Part shown: piece by piece, positions 35,833 through 49,203 of the stretch | Numbering within the stretch: the first letter of the stretch is position 1 | Layout: each line of letters opens with the position of its first letter | From: Epiperipatus broadwayi | Taxonomy: Eukaryota > Animalia > Onychophora | DNA length: 64,000 nt | Assembly (NCBI GenBank): GCA_028023455.1 | Contig: JAQFVV010000006.1 | Coordinates: 15,934,001 to 15,998,000 of the forward strand | Direction of reading: 5' to 3' | Made by a program: the position numbers and the translations under genes | Notes under the pieces: model-generated | Told to the model about the DNA's origin: nothing | Database searches by the model: none | What the model saw: the letters and a program-made list of their open reading frames with translations, nothing else

Positions 35833-38609
35833 ACAACATTTTTAAATGCTTTATCTCCAACACTGTAATATAGGTAAAAGATACAAACAATGTATTAAGA
35901 GCAAAGCTTTGTTAGGGTAAACAATTATGAAGTGCTAAGCATACTTTCAACTGGATTCAGTCAAAGGTGTAGCAATGAATGTAAAAGAAGTGGGAGGGTA
36001 AATTAAGTAGTCCAAAACAAGTGAATAATTTGCATATTGTTTGCATTATAAATTAAATGCTAAGGATGGACCATTTTTTGGAAAGGGGAATGCAGGATTT
36101 TTTTTTTTGGTGGCATGTTTATCCCTAGAGATGTGCCAAGTCTCCTTGATTTTACATTTGTCATTGTTGCATTCAGTGCAGACCATGCTAAATACCAAAA
36201 CTATCACTAAATTTAGGAAAATGGTCAAAGAAGATGGACTTTATCTGTAAGATTTTTAGCTTGGTTATAAAGGTATTCATGCTGAGCTAAATGGGTGGAT
36301 AAGTTCTCTTGGGATTCATCTTAATAAACAGCAGTATTTTGACATTTAATTTTGTAAACAATTTGAGAGTGATGATTGGGAAGTAGTTTATTTTTGGAGT
36401 TTTTGATTAAATGAAGCAAAGGGGCAGGTTGTGGAGAGCATTTTAATGGATGGAGAAAACTATTTTATTAATTAGACATGATTTGGGGTAAGTAGGAAAG
36501 AGATATCCAAAGCTTGTCGTTGTTTTATGGAGGGGGGGGTTGTAATTTATAATAAAAAAATTTAACAGTCTGAATGAGTGATGAATTATTGAAATCAATA
36601 CTGCACAGATCAGATATATATATTATAATGATCGGAAGATGATCGAAGCTAGCAGTCTTACCATATCTGCCGACAGAGTGCCACTAGGCTACTTAAACTT
36701 AGAAAATTTATATAGTAGGCAGATACATGCTGTTAAGATCTTATTTTACATATATTTTTATTCCGACCATTAGCCCAATGTCACTAGCTCAGTGAGACAC
36801 AGAGATTTATAAAATATTAATTCTTGAAATATTTTTCAATATTAAAAATAAATAAAAGAAGCCACTGCCAGTAATTAACATGCAAACTTTTATTTATGTA
36901 CATATATATAAAATTTAGCATTATTATTTTAGTATGTTTACTTTAGCATTTAACTACATTTTTAACTTTTTCTTTTTTTTTTGAAGTTCGCACAGATGAG
37001 TTTAATATTTATTAAAGTGTCGAGTATAAATAAACTACATAGATTGCATTTGAAAAGAAAAATATTTTATCCCTGATTTAACCTTAGGCCAAAAGTTCGC
37101 AGCCAAACCAACGTCAATCCAGCTAATATATCGATGTATTCAATGCAGTATGAATATGACAGCACAAAACACCACACTGTCAGGAATGCACATCTGAACA
37201 GCAGCAGACAGGAATATTACATCTGTCTGATGAGAAGAGCAATAAAAAAAAAACTCCATAGGAAGGGACTGCGATTTCCATCTTACTATCCCATTCTGTA
37301 GGCAAAAAGGGGGTGTGCGGCGTAATATGTGATCCTGCACGTATCGAACCTCATACTACATCTACTAATTACACCAATATATCCAATCCATTGACCCAAT
37401 TTAACTACAAAACAAATAACCTAAGATTACCCTCCCTTAAACTAACATAACTTTATAAATCTATGCAGCCATTCACGCCTGACTTAAGTTTAGTTTAATG
37501 AAAACAAAAATCATAAAACTTAAAAGAACAAAAAAAAATTTGAAATGATTTTAAATAAAAAAAAAAACATCAAATAACATTATTAATATTAATTTACATT
37601 GGTCAGATAGGATTCTATTTCTAGTAAATACTGAAAGGTTTAGAATTTAGAGTTATTGTTTTAAAAATGTTTATAAAGTTCTTACAATTTTGGAAATGTT
37701 CATTGGTTATATAGTTCTTACTGTTTTAGAAAAGTTCATCCTTTACAGTTGCTTGCCATTTGGAATCCAGCGTTAAAACCCCCGATGATCCTGTGGTCCT
37801 CAATATAGGAAAAACAATGTTTCATTTTTTTTATAACAACTGAAGGAATTGAAAGTGCGTCTTTCAATCCTTTCACCTCCAACTCTCCGACTTAACACAT
37901 CTCTGTCTTTTCTTAATTTTTCTTCACCCACCAAAATTTATTTCCAAACTTTTTTTTTATATTAGAATTTTGGATTCAGTGGACATTACGTCATGATGAT
38001 GGTGATGGTCTTGTCATTCTGGTCCATTTCCTGAGGGATTTCTTTCATTGGTCATTTTGTTCCCATTGTTTTTTCTCTCCTATCTGACTTTTAATTATAC
38101 ATTTCTGCAATGCCCAAGGGCTAGCTTACATTTAACTAATTAAAATAATCATTTTCATTTTACAATAGCATTAATTAAATTATTGTACATTGTTTTTTAT
38201 CTTTAAATCTTTCAAGTCTTTTTCTTAATATTTAGTTTTAAAACTTTTTCTTTTCTCTTAATAAAATTTTCTTTTAATAATTTTTCATCTGTGCGATTTT
38301 ATATATTAGAGTTTAGATTATTTTTAATTTTCAATTTTTAATTCTTAAAAAAGAAGTTTTTATTATGTGAACTTTTGTTTTTAATTTCTACTTTTTAAAA
38401 TAAATAATGTAACGGCATGTGTGCCCATGTTCTTTTTTTGATCTGACTCAAATTTATAGAGGTAGAGTTTTGGTGTAGAAATGCTTTGATCTCTGTGAGT
38501 TTGTGCACCATTGAACTCAGCATTCCATAATTGCCTTCACTAATAAAGCTTTGCTCTTAATACATTACTTGTATCTTTTACCTACATTTCAGTATTTATG
38601 TATGATTTG

Positions 38610-39230
38610 AAACACTGTATTTATTATTATATAAAATAGAAATTCATATGAAATTACAATACTAGCCAAAAAACAACATTTTACTAAAGTTCTTCCATAA
38701 CCATTATTTCATCTATTAATGAATAGACCATTTCAAGTGAAATTCAATAAAATACATATAACATATGTAATTGAAACAAAGTATCCTTCCCATCATTCAC
38801 TTCAACAACTAACCAACTTCCTTTAACACCAAAGAATGTCTTTGTGAAATTGGTGGCCTCAGATTCAAAAAAGAATATCATCAAAGTTTCTTTTATTCTT
38901 CTTTTCAATTCACTTTTCTCATAAAAGATTAATCCCTGCATTGGAAAGAATAAAAAAACTTTGATGATAAAAGTTTTTGAATCTGAGGCCATCTATCTCA
39001 CGAAGACATTCTTTGATATGAAAGGAAGTTGGTTTTTAAAGTGACTGATGGGAAGGCTATTCTGTTTTGTATATATATATATAAGTTGTATGTTTTTGAA
39101 TTTCATTTGAGTCTATTTGTTAATAGATAAAAGCATGGTTGTGGAAATTTTTTATTAAAAGTTTGTTTACTAGTATTGTAATGTTACATGAATTTCTATT
39201 TTACTTATAAGTATAGCGTTAGACAGTATT
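38610..39230. repeat. Degenerate fold-back palindrome of about 620 bp (MITE-like or inverted duplication)
   Basis: Successive blocks pair across a centre near 38915, e.g. ggcctcagattcaaaa/ttttgaatctgaggcc, aagaatgtctt/aagacattctt and aaaatagaaattcat/atgaatttctatttt. A related fragment lies at 56240-56320. Confidence 0.8.
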
Positions 39231-39242
39231 TAATTTTTATTA

Positions 39243-39910
39243 ATGTTATATATAGAGCTCGCAAAGCAAACTCTTAACAAGCTTTATAGGATACCCCCAA
39301 TCTCAGACCAGTTTCTGCTACTGGCGTCCTCAGTGAGGTGCTAGGATATTTAATTATTAGATTAAAAATACCAGACAAGCCCAGCACTTTATCTAATGTA
39401 TAACTATTAAGTAGAAACTCTGGAATTTTCAGACATCCATATGTCTTTCAATCCAGCTATCTAACTTAAATAGCCATATGGGACTGAATTAAGTTCAAAT
39501 ACACCATATATTAATAGCTTTAGCAATATAAAATCGCCAAAGCCATCATAGCAAAAAATAAAATTACAAAAAAAAAAAATCCAAGTCAAATGTCACATGA
39601 CTTAATTTAATAAGCTTGTGTTTATAAATTTTATATATAGAGCATTGGAACACATATGAATGTCTGAAAATTTCAGAGTTTCTACTTAATAGTTATAAAT
39701 TAGATAAAGTGCTGGACTTGTCCTGGTATTTTTAATTTAATGATTGAATATCCTAGCACCTCATTGAGCACGCCAGTAGCAGAAACCAGTCTGAAGTTGG
39801 GGATATTCTACAAAGCTTATTAAGAGTTTGTTTTGCAATCTCTATATATAACATTTGTAAACACAAGCTTATGAAATTAAGTCATGTGACATTTGACTTG
39901 ATTTTTTTAG
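39243..39910. mobile_element. HHR repeat family B in inverted-duplicated arrangement
   Basis: 39243-39460 is inverted against 39640-39857, and 39575-39645 against 39840-39910. HHR motifs at 39301-39338 (minus, CUGAGGA...GAA-ACUGGU-C) and 39758-39796 (plus, decayed core, GAA-ACCAGU-C). Confidence 0.8.
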
Positions 39911-41171
39911 AATCTTTATTATTATGTATACTGCATACATAGGTGCATACACTTCTTGCAAATAATTGGTATGGATTGTTGGATTTATAAAATCTGAATG
40001 GTACTTTACGTGCATTAATTATTAAATTTGTGTTATGTTTTGGTTTCCCGGTTCTATTCTTTCTACATATCTATCATTTTCTTCAATACATTAAAAGAAA
40101 CAATGAATCAAAAACTAACTGTATCCTTACAGTTGAACAGACATCAATAGTTTTTTCTTTTTATCTATTATTTTTACTTTGAAGTATTATTTGTTGAAGC
40201 ATTAAGAAACAATTAGAGAGCAGAATGATTATAATTATTATCAACATTTATAAATAATATGTCAAGATTATTTTTATAATGATTATTGTAATTCTACAAA
40301 CGCTTTATTACTTTCTATTATTCCGTGTTTTTTTACACCTTAATTAATCACTGTTAGAAAAACAAAACATAACAAACTAAAAAAAAAAAAAATGGTTGTT
40401 TTTTTTTTTTGTAACAAAAACTATTATATTTTTTCACTTTCAATGTCTATTATTAGATTCCTGGCTTATATCCAGTTTAACCGTCATTAGATTATTTTTA
40501 ACTGGATCTCAAATATTTACTTATTGGCAGTAAAGAGAAAACGATTTTTGTATACACTATTATTATAATAAATTAATGTTTTGCGTAATAGTAAACTCTT
40601 TGTTGTAAATATTTAATAATTAAACCGTTGTAAAAATATGTAAATCAGTTATTAAAATGTCAAAATAGCCTAAAAAATTATATACAATAATTTGCTGTCC
40701 TTAATTGATTTGCAATATATATCTTATTAATTGATTTGCAATATATATCTTATATACAAATGTACACTAACTCTTTGTTTTTTGCCAACAAGTAATTATG
40801 GACATACGCTCACAAATTAGCGATACGTGTTGTTGTTTTTAGCAAATGTACGCACACATATATATATATCGGTAGTTATACATTTACATTGTTGCTCATA
40901 TGACAAAGCACATTTTCAACTAGGTAAAGGTATATATATATTAGGTTCTGAACATGTTTATGTTTTAAATTGTATGGCGTAGTGATAGCATATCTTCAAC
41001 TGGGTAAAGATATATATATATATTAGGTTCTAAGCATGCTTATGTTTTTTTATTCTTGGTTAGTCAGCTAATATCTAACCATTGGTCAGTAAATAGATAT
41101 TTACAAATGGATAGTTATATACCAGCATATTAGTAATATCTTTTCCATTATTGCTTCTTTAAATAGAAATG

Positions 41172-41270
41172 GTTTTTTTTTTTTTTAATGTGTCAAAGCG
41201 TCGGCCAGGAAGCGAATCCAGGGACAACTACTTGTAAGGCAGCTGTGCTAACCACTTGCCCACCAACGTT
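41172..41270 (-). mobile_element. tRNA-Gly(UCC)-derived SINE copy (no T-arm duplication)
   Basis: Reverse complement: gtcaaacgttggtgggcaagtggttagcacagctgccttacaagtagttgtccctggattcgcttcctggccgacgctttgacacat plus an A tail. Confidence 0.8.
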
Positions 41271-42098
41271 TGACTATGTAGAAATGTTGGGAAGGTTTTT
41301 TGCTTTGCAGAGATTATTTTTACATATATATATATTTATGAATATTTCTAGTGCATACCGCTATTTGAAATAAATATCAAATCACCTCAAATATTCAACA
41401 GTTTTCAGCTACGCCCTCTGTGAAGTAAACGTCATTGTCCGCATTTCAAAATACCTATTTTTGAAAATTTTTAATGTTTAAGGTGATTTTAATATTTTTA
41501 TGAATGCATAATTTTTCTCTTCCAAATGCATAATATATGTATACATAGATACTATGCACCTATAAAGGCAAGACATTCATATATCTACTACATACCCACA
41601 TACAGAGTTTTGATTTGTGGGAATGCACATTTACATAGGCACACACATATACATGCATACATAAGTAATGCACAGAGCTTATTAATTAATAAGTGTGCTT
41701 CACCATGAATTTGAAAAATTACTTATAGTTAATGCACAACTTCGTGAAAAATGTTAAACACAGATTCACACCATTCACTAGATTATAAAAAAGGAAAAAC
41801 GACTCGTATAAATAATATATTATTTTCTCTTAGTATGGAATAATGATGGTAGTTAGAAAGTTGTCAAAGGCTTAATTTTAATGTACTATAATGTGAAAAA
41901 AAATACAGTAAAACTGCGATAAAGCCATTCAATATTTATTTATCTGATCCAGATATGTTTTAAACTTGATTAAAATGATAGAGTAATCGTAATTGTTAAA
42001 GTATTTATTTAAAAATATTGCTGTCATATAAATTTGTGTGAGAAATCGATAACTTGTAATGTGAATAATCTAACAATTCTATCCTTACAATATTGCAA

Positions 42099-42890
42099 TA
42101 AGTTTCTAGCTTATGACTTTCAGCAATGAGAGCCTTGGATCTGAGAGCACTGCACCTAGATCCGAGGATCTAATGCGACTCTCCAGAAGTTACTTTTTAT
42201 CTTTTTACTTAACTATAAAGCTTTGAATCCAAAATGAAAACATAATGTTTTCAATCCTTGTATAATCATACAGATCTTAACCCAGTTCAGTAACTATACA
42301 TTTTGGTGTCTTGGTTTTAAATAACCTTAGTCACCATTATCCTTTGGCCAGGATTAGTGTTAAAGCACTAAACATCACATGATCATCACTTTCTATCTCC
42401 ATTGATTACTATGGCTTGCACTGTATGAGCATAAGAAGTGGGATCATGTGATGTTTAGTGGTTTAACACCAATCTTGGACAAAGTATAATGTTGACTAGG
42501 GTTATTAAAAAGCCATAGACACCAAAATGTATAGAGACTGAACTGAGTTCAGATATTATGTCTATACATGCAAATGAGCTTGGATTGAAAACATTATTGT
42601 CTTTTCATTTTGGATTTATAGCTTTATAGTTAACTAAAAAGGTAAAAGGTGTTTGCTGAAGGGTTGCATTAGATCTAAGGTCGAAATGCATTGCTCTCAA
42701 ATCCAAGGCTTTTAATTTGTGAATGCACTAGATAGGGATTTGATGCTCAAATCTTTTAGCCTTCACTATAGCTTGCAATGGTTAGCATTATTATATGAAG
42801 AAAGTTGCTACTGTTTTTACAGCCTGTGTGAACATAAGAAGTGGCTGGCGATCATATGATGTTTTAATGGTTTATTAACAAATTACCCAA
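42099..42890. mobile_element. Family A fold-back: two inverted arms of about 270 bp plus further family sequence
   Basis: 42125-42385 is inverted against 42445-42715. A decayed HHR lies at 42099-42132 (minus). The right arm continues into the post-HHR segment and ends at gatcatatgatgtt. Confidence 0.8.
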
Positions 42891-45089
42891 ACAAAGATGA
42901 TAGGGATATAACAAGTGAGCTGGGCCTACTGAAGAGTTATTTTTAACTAGAAATGCATTTTGCAGATCATTTATCTTTTTCAGGTGTTTTTATTTATTAT
43001 TTTGAAGTTTTAATGGAAAGATAAAGGTTTCAAAGCATATGTCTCTATGCTAATTGCAGTGTGTGTGTGCATGCAGATTTCAGTCATTTAATTACCCATT
43101 CAGCAATTTCAATCTTTTATTTCCTTTGTTTTTTAATTTTTTATCTTTTGTCTTTTTATTTTTATATTTTTTTGGAATTAGAATGGTATAAGTGAGTTCC
43201 AATCTTGATAAAATTTTAAAGAGAAAAAGGTCAAAGCATATTCTTGTTGTAGTTCCAAAAGCTTGTTGCTTAGATGCATCTAAATGGATCTATGAACAAT
43301 GACAAAAAAATACTGAGAGAAAAAACACTGTTCATGATATTAACCAATTCTTGTTTGGTGAAGAGATTTTTCTTATTATTTTATCCTAATGTTAAATTTT
43401 CAGAGAATATGGCAGTCGACAGTAAATTTTTGAAAGTTTTCCTAATGAAAAAAAATAAGCAAGGATAATTCTGGATATGAAGCTAAGATCCTAGTCATGG
43501 GTGGTTAAGACACCAACAATAGAATCTGGAGATTTTTATACAAAGTTCTCTTTCCAACCTTCCTTCAAAATTAATAACCTATAACTTACACTAAATTAAA
43601 ATAGAAGGAACTATAATCCTCCATGAATTATGTATAAACTAATAATCACCTGATAATAAATAAAAAGAATAGAATAAAACCACCTATTCCTTTAGCTCTG
43701 ATGTTATTTAAAGATGTAAATGAATGCTTAAATGTCATCAGAATAAAAGAAAAAACTGATTATCCATTGTTGGGTGAATATTAGTTTACTGGTGTTTCAA
43801 TTTTGTATACATTAAATGATGATAATTTAAATTTACTGTAACATATAATTTTAATCAGCAGAAAAGTATATCTTATACACATGTACTGTTATATCGTTTT
43901 AATAGCACATGTGTATAGGGCATAATTCCCTTCTGATTAAAATTATATACAAACACAGTACTACTAAATTAAATAAAATTATAACTTATATTACTTACAT
44001 GAAAGCAGGCAACACTTAAACAATACCAATATCATTTACAATCAACAATCTCAATTTGTTGTTAAGGCAACCTCCTTTAGTCAATATAAGTGGAAATCCT
44101 TATTCAAAGTGGAAATCCACATTTATTTATAGTCAGTTATGTTTATTTAGACTCTAAATATTGCAGCTTGACTCCAGAGAGTGAATATATTGATACAAAG
44201 AAGTTTAAATAAACCTCATTAAGCAGGTAAATATAAGCTGATCTGAAAGCAAACTAACAAATAGTTATTTATAACTTTCAAATTGCACTCCAACCATGTA
44301 TTACTTAGATAATAAATGTAATAATGCTTAAAATGGATATGTATTCGAGTCAACACGTAACCAATACAAATATCATTAACAATCAACAACTTTAATCTGT
44401 TAAATTATCTCCTTTAACTTATATGTATCATCAGTTTCTTAAAACAATACTTAATTATTGTAGCCACATTGTTCTGTCTTCAGCAAATCGTTTTATACCT
44501 ACATATGAAAAAAAATCAATTTTACTGACCACATTTTAAAGACAAGATGTTGTTGGTCTGTCTCTCAGTCTTCTCTTATAAAATTTTGCCTTCCAAAGTA
44601 TTTTGTAAAAACCTATCATATCTCATAAATATGACCCCAAAACTTAATTTTTCTTATTTTTACCATATTCAGTAGTTCTGTTTTTATTCCAAGTTTTATT
44701 AATATTTGATCATTAATCTTTTTTCCATTCAATTTGTTCTATTTAATCTTCCCCAAAGCCACATTTACATTCCTTCCAATCTTTTTTTTTCTTGTTTTCT
44801 TAAGACCATGTCTCACAACCATAAGCCAATATACTTTAAATGAAGATTTTAATAAATTTCGTTCTATTTTTTGTATTGATATTTTTATTTTATTTCGCAA
44901 AGCGTTTCATTAACGTTATTTTAATTTTAATCTCAATAAAAAAATCTATTGTCATCACAAAACATACAACCCAGAGCTTATATATGTATATAAATGAAAT
45001 CTCAAAGATTTTTTTTATAAATATTTCTTTACAATAACTTTATTTTTGAAAACATTTAAAATCAAATTATTATTAATGTCCCCCCCCCC

Positions 45090-45960
45090 CAAATCATCAT
45101 CATCAACAACCATTATCAATCCACTGCAGGATGAAGGCCTCTCTAAGTTCAATCCATCTTCTCCGATCTTTAGCTTCTCTTCTCCACATCACCCCTCACA
45201 TGTGGTCTCTTTCTGGGTCTTTTACAATCTTTTGGAATCCAGTTTAAGATTTCAATTGTCCATATATTATCATCTCTTCTAGCAATATATCCAGCCCAAC
45301 TCCACTTCAATCTTTTAATTTTTTCAATGAGGTCCATAACACCTGTTTGTTCTCTTACCCATACATTGTGTTTTTGATCTCTTCTTGTTACTCCCAACAT
45401 GCATCTCTCCATACTTCTTTGAGTGGTCTGAAGTCTCTGTATTGCTCTTCTATTAAGTGTCCAAGTCTCAGATCCATAAGTAAGAACTGGTAAAACACAT
45501 TTGTTAAAAGCCTTCCTTTTCAAACACATAGGCATATTTCCTTTTAGTATCAAGTTATTTCTAACAAAAGCACTCCAAACAAGTTTAATTCTATGATTAA
45601 TTTCATCCATTATGTTTCCATCTGTATTAATAATCTGACCAAGGTATGTGTAGCTGTTAACTTCTTCTAACTCATCATAATCAATCTTTATTTTCATATT
45701 TTGAGAAAATCTATTAAACATTACTTTAGTCTTTTTAACATTTATCTTTAGTCCTACTTTCATCTGATAACTCCTGCAACATTTCCTGCAGCTCTAAATA
45801 TTATTTGCAAAAACAACTATATCATCTGCAAAATCTAAATGACGTAAATAATCTCCGTTTACTTTCACTTCTTTAATTTCCCATTTTAATCCGCAAAATA
45901 CTTCTTGCAGCACTGCTGTAAAAAGTTTTGGAAATATGAAGTCACCTTGTCTTACACCCC
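45090..45960 (-). mobile_element. RTE-type LINE 3' fragment with RT domains
   Basis: GVRQGD, LRHLDFADDIV, NSYTYLG, VLPVLTYGSETW and LKWSWAGYIARR motifs, with a (GAT)n tail at 45093-45105. Confidence 0.92.
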
Positions 45961-47290
45961 CAAATAATTATATTTATATATTAATACTATCTAGAGAAAT
46001 TTATACTATTTAGAGAAAAGTTCTCTTAGATTAAAATTCTGTAATACACAATTTTCAAATATAATCTTATCAACAAGGAAATACTTTGGCTTTTATATTT
46101 ATGGTGTTTGCATGACTTGCATTGTGGAAATGTCAGATTTTTAAAAGTGAATAAACGCATTTTTCTGTTTAAAGAAAAAAAATTTATTACAAAAAAGTAA
46201 AAATGTATATAATAACAAATAACAGGTATTTCTCTGTTTAATTTTCTAGCCCAGTATTAAGCAGTGTTCATGGGTACTTTTAATCAGAAGGAAATTACAC
46301 CCTATATGCATGCACTGTAATATATGTATGTATTACATAAATCAAATGTGCACATCACTAACATAATAATATAAGTTAATTATTCCTGAACAAAGTTTAA
46401 TTAAATTAATCATCTAATCAATGCATTAATAACAAACCTTTATTATCCCTGAAATTATAATCCAATCAGCTGTACTAGAACATTTGTATCATGGTTTAAC
46501 AATATCATTCTGCAGCCAGCCATAAGCCATGGAGAACATCAAATGTAATGCACAAAAATCTTCCCTTATAAATACCAAACTTAAGTCAAATTAGAACTTA
46601 AAACATGAAGTAACCCTGATGTGATTCTCTTAAATATTAAGCATTTAAGCATTCTCTAAGGCAGCATTAAAAACAACTACAAATTATACCCTTTGACATT
46701 AGTGATATGCACATTTATTCGATGATATAATGGATTATTAATTAATATTAATTAATTCTTAGGTAAAAATGTTTTCAAGTCAGTCTTAGGATAGGTTACC
46801 AAAAAATTTAAATACTTAATATTTAAGAAGATTTAAATTTGATTGGTCTTAAATTTGGGATCTCTTTGTAATTTACACTGGATAGTCATCAGTGACTTTA
46901 CAGCCAGCTGATAAATTGTGTTGCATCATTGAAATATTTATCCTGGAAAAGCTTATTGGTTGTGTATTAAATGTTTTATATTAATTTGCCCTGTCTGTGT
47001 TTTTATTGGTTAATCCACATTTTTAAAAGTTTTTATATTGACTTGCCCTGTTTGTGTTCCTGACAATATGTCTCATTTATAAATTAATAATAATAAAAAA
47101 ATTATCTTTTAAAATTTTAAATCACATCCTTACTCTTCCCAAAAAAACTTTTTATCAAGTGAGCCAATAGAAAAATTATATTCGTAGAATAAAATTTTAT
47201 TAATATTGATTTCATTATTAAATGAATTAAAATAAAAAATATATATCTCATGGAAACATAAAATTTTGTTAATATTGATTTATTTAATTT

Positions 47291-47397
47291 AAGATAAAAG
47301 TGGCTGCTCTTGTCTTTTAAAGTCATTAATCTTGTGTTAAAGATTTGTAGAGGTCCCTACTATCAAATTTCAGGTGCATAGTCTTAAGATGTTAGCC

Positions 47398-47448
<51 letters not shown>

Positions 47449-47754
47449 TTAACAAATTAATAATAATTACAACTTCAAATTGTCTTAAAAGATTATAAGA
47501 TTTTAACACTAACTCATTGTAAATCAAATGATTTCCCAAACATTAGTATAAAATAGAAACTGTAGACTTAATCAGTGAAGTATTTAATAGCTTCACACTC
47601 TCAAATCAAAATGCTTTAGATTCACCTATATATTTAAAAAGTAGTTGAAGATAAGAGTGGCCGCTCTTGTTTTTTAAAGTCGTTAATCTTGTGCTAAAAA
47701 TTTGTAGAGGTCCCTACTATCGAATTTCAGGTGCATAGGCTTAAGGTGATAGCC

Positions 47755-47784
<30 letters not shown>
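47291..47784. repeat. Two diverged 110-bp direct repeats, each running into a (TA)n tract
   Basis: 47291-47400 plus (TA)n to about 47444, and 47648-47757 plus (TA)n to about 47784. Confidence 0.85.
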
Positions 47785-47788
<4 letters not shown>

Positions 47789-49167
47789 TTAATTAATTAA
47801 AAAGACAATACATAAATATTTTTATATAGTAGATGATCACATGATATTAAAATTTAGAATTTATTTGTTAGAGGGCATATTTTTTATTTTCACATTTTAT
47901 TATTAAATTATAATTTTTGTCAATTTTTTTTTTGTAGTTTTAATCATTTTTTGAAGTAATATATAAATATAACAAAAAAGTAAAAAAATAAGAGATATGA
48001 AAAAAGATTTTTAAAAAAATGCTTTTATGTAACAAAGTGATCATTTCTCAGTTAATTTCCCATTCTTGAAAAATATCAGAGAACTTAAGAATTTTACACT
48101 TGTTATAAAATTATTATCATTTCATACAAGCATTTGAACCCTTTTTCATTTTTAAAATTTATTTGAGCCTCATATGCTTTTATGAAATGACAATAAATAT
48201 TCCTGAAATTTCCAATTGTTTTTAGATTTTAAGATTTCTAATATTTTCCCTAAATGGCAAATTAACTGAGAAGGCACTACTTTGTAATTTTTAGTCAGCT
48301 ATTAATTTAAAAGCATTCATTTAAAAATAACTTTTTTTTAACATCTTAGTTTAGTATGATCTCAAAATTAGTAAGAGTTTGTTACTGGAAAATTTATTAG
48401 ATGCTTTGTTTTAAACTTTGTTAAGGAGTAATAAACACACACATATATAGATAAAATAAATCATATATATAATGCTACCTAAAATTCAACTACAGTAAAA
48501 TTACCTTTTCTTTTCAATATATAAATTCAGCACTGTTACCTATATTATAAACACAATGTCTTAATAAAGTAACACAGGTGAAAGGTAGAAGGTAGTAATT
48601 TTAATATATATATATATTGAATATTGGCACATATTAATTTTATTTTAAAATTAATAAAAAAAAAAATTAAAAATATTAAACAACTTATAAAAATCTAAAA
48701 GGTTTCTTTAATAAACAAAATCAGTTTGCTGTCAAAAGTAAAGTTAAAAAATCAGAGTTTTAAAATAAAAAATCTTTCGTGAAAGTGTGTGAAATAAAAG
48801 TTACAATTAATTAATCAGAAGGGAAGTAAAAAGTTTTTATTAGTATTCGTAAAAATATAATTTAAAAGTTAAAACATACAAATCTCTTTTCATTCAAGTT
48901 TAATTAAAGAAAAAATAATGTTAAAACTAATATATGTGCATATATATGTGCGATTGTCAACAATAGAATAAATGTTATTATAAATAAATGAAAGTTAAAG
49001 AAGATTATCATTAAAAAACATGGCAATGGCTATTAGATAAAACAATACGTTTTTGCATGGCTATTACTAATTAAGCAATCTTTCAAAACATGTTTATCAA
49101 ATGATTATCACTGGAATTTAGACAACAGATCTTTGCCGGAGATATTAGAAAGATAACAAGGCGCAGG

Positions 49168-49203
49168 TATAAATAGACTTTTTTTATCGGACAGTAGTCA
49201 GTT
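49168..49203 (+). promoter_or_regulatory. Candidate Pol II core promoter: TATA box plus TCAGTT initiator
   Basis: TATAAATA at 49168-49175 and TCAGTT with its A at 49200, placing the TATA at about -32. AGATAA motifs lie upstream and a candidate splice donor AG|GTAAAA lies at 49588/49589. Confidence 0.5.

Noticed and set aside
37200-37260. CTGATGA next to a cagacag/ctgtctg hairpin
   Set aside because: There is no helix II or GAAA downstream. The region looks more like a decayed LINE 3' end.
45125-45145. ggccttcatc shared between the RTE 3' tail and the family A HHR region
   Set aside because: The match is only 10 nt and flanks are unrelated, so it is likely chance.
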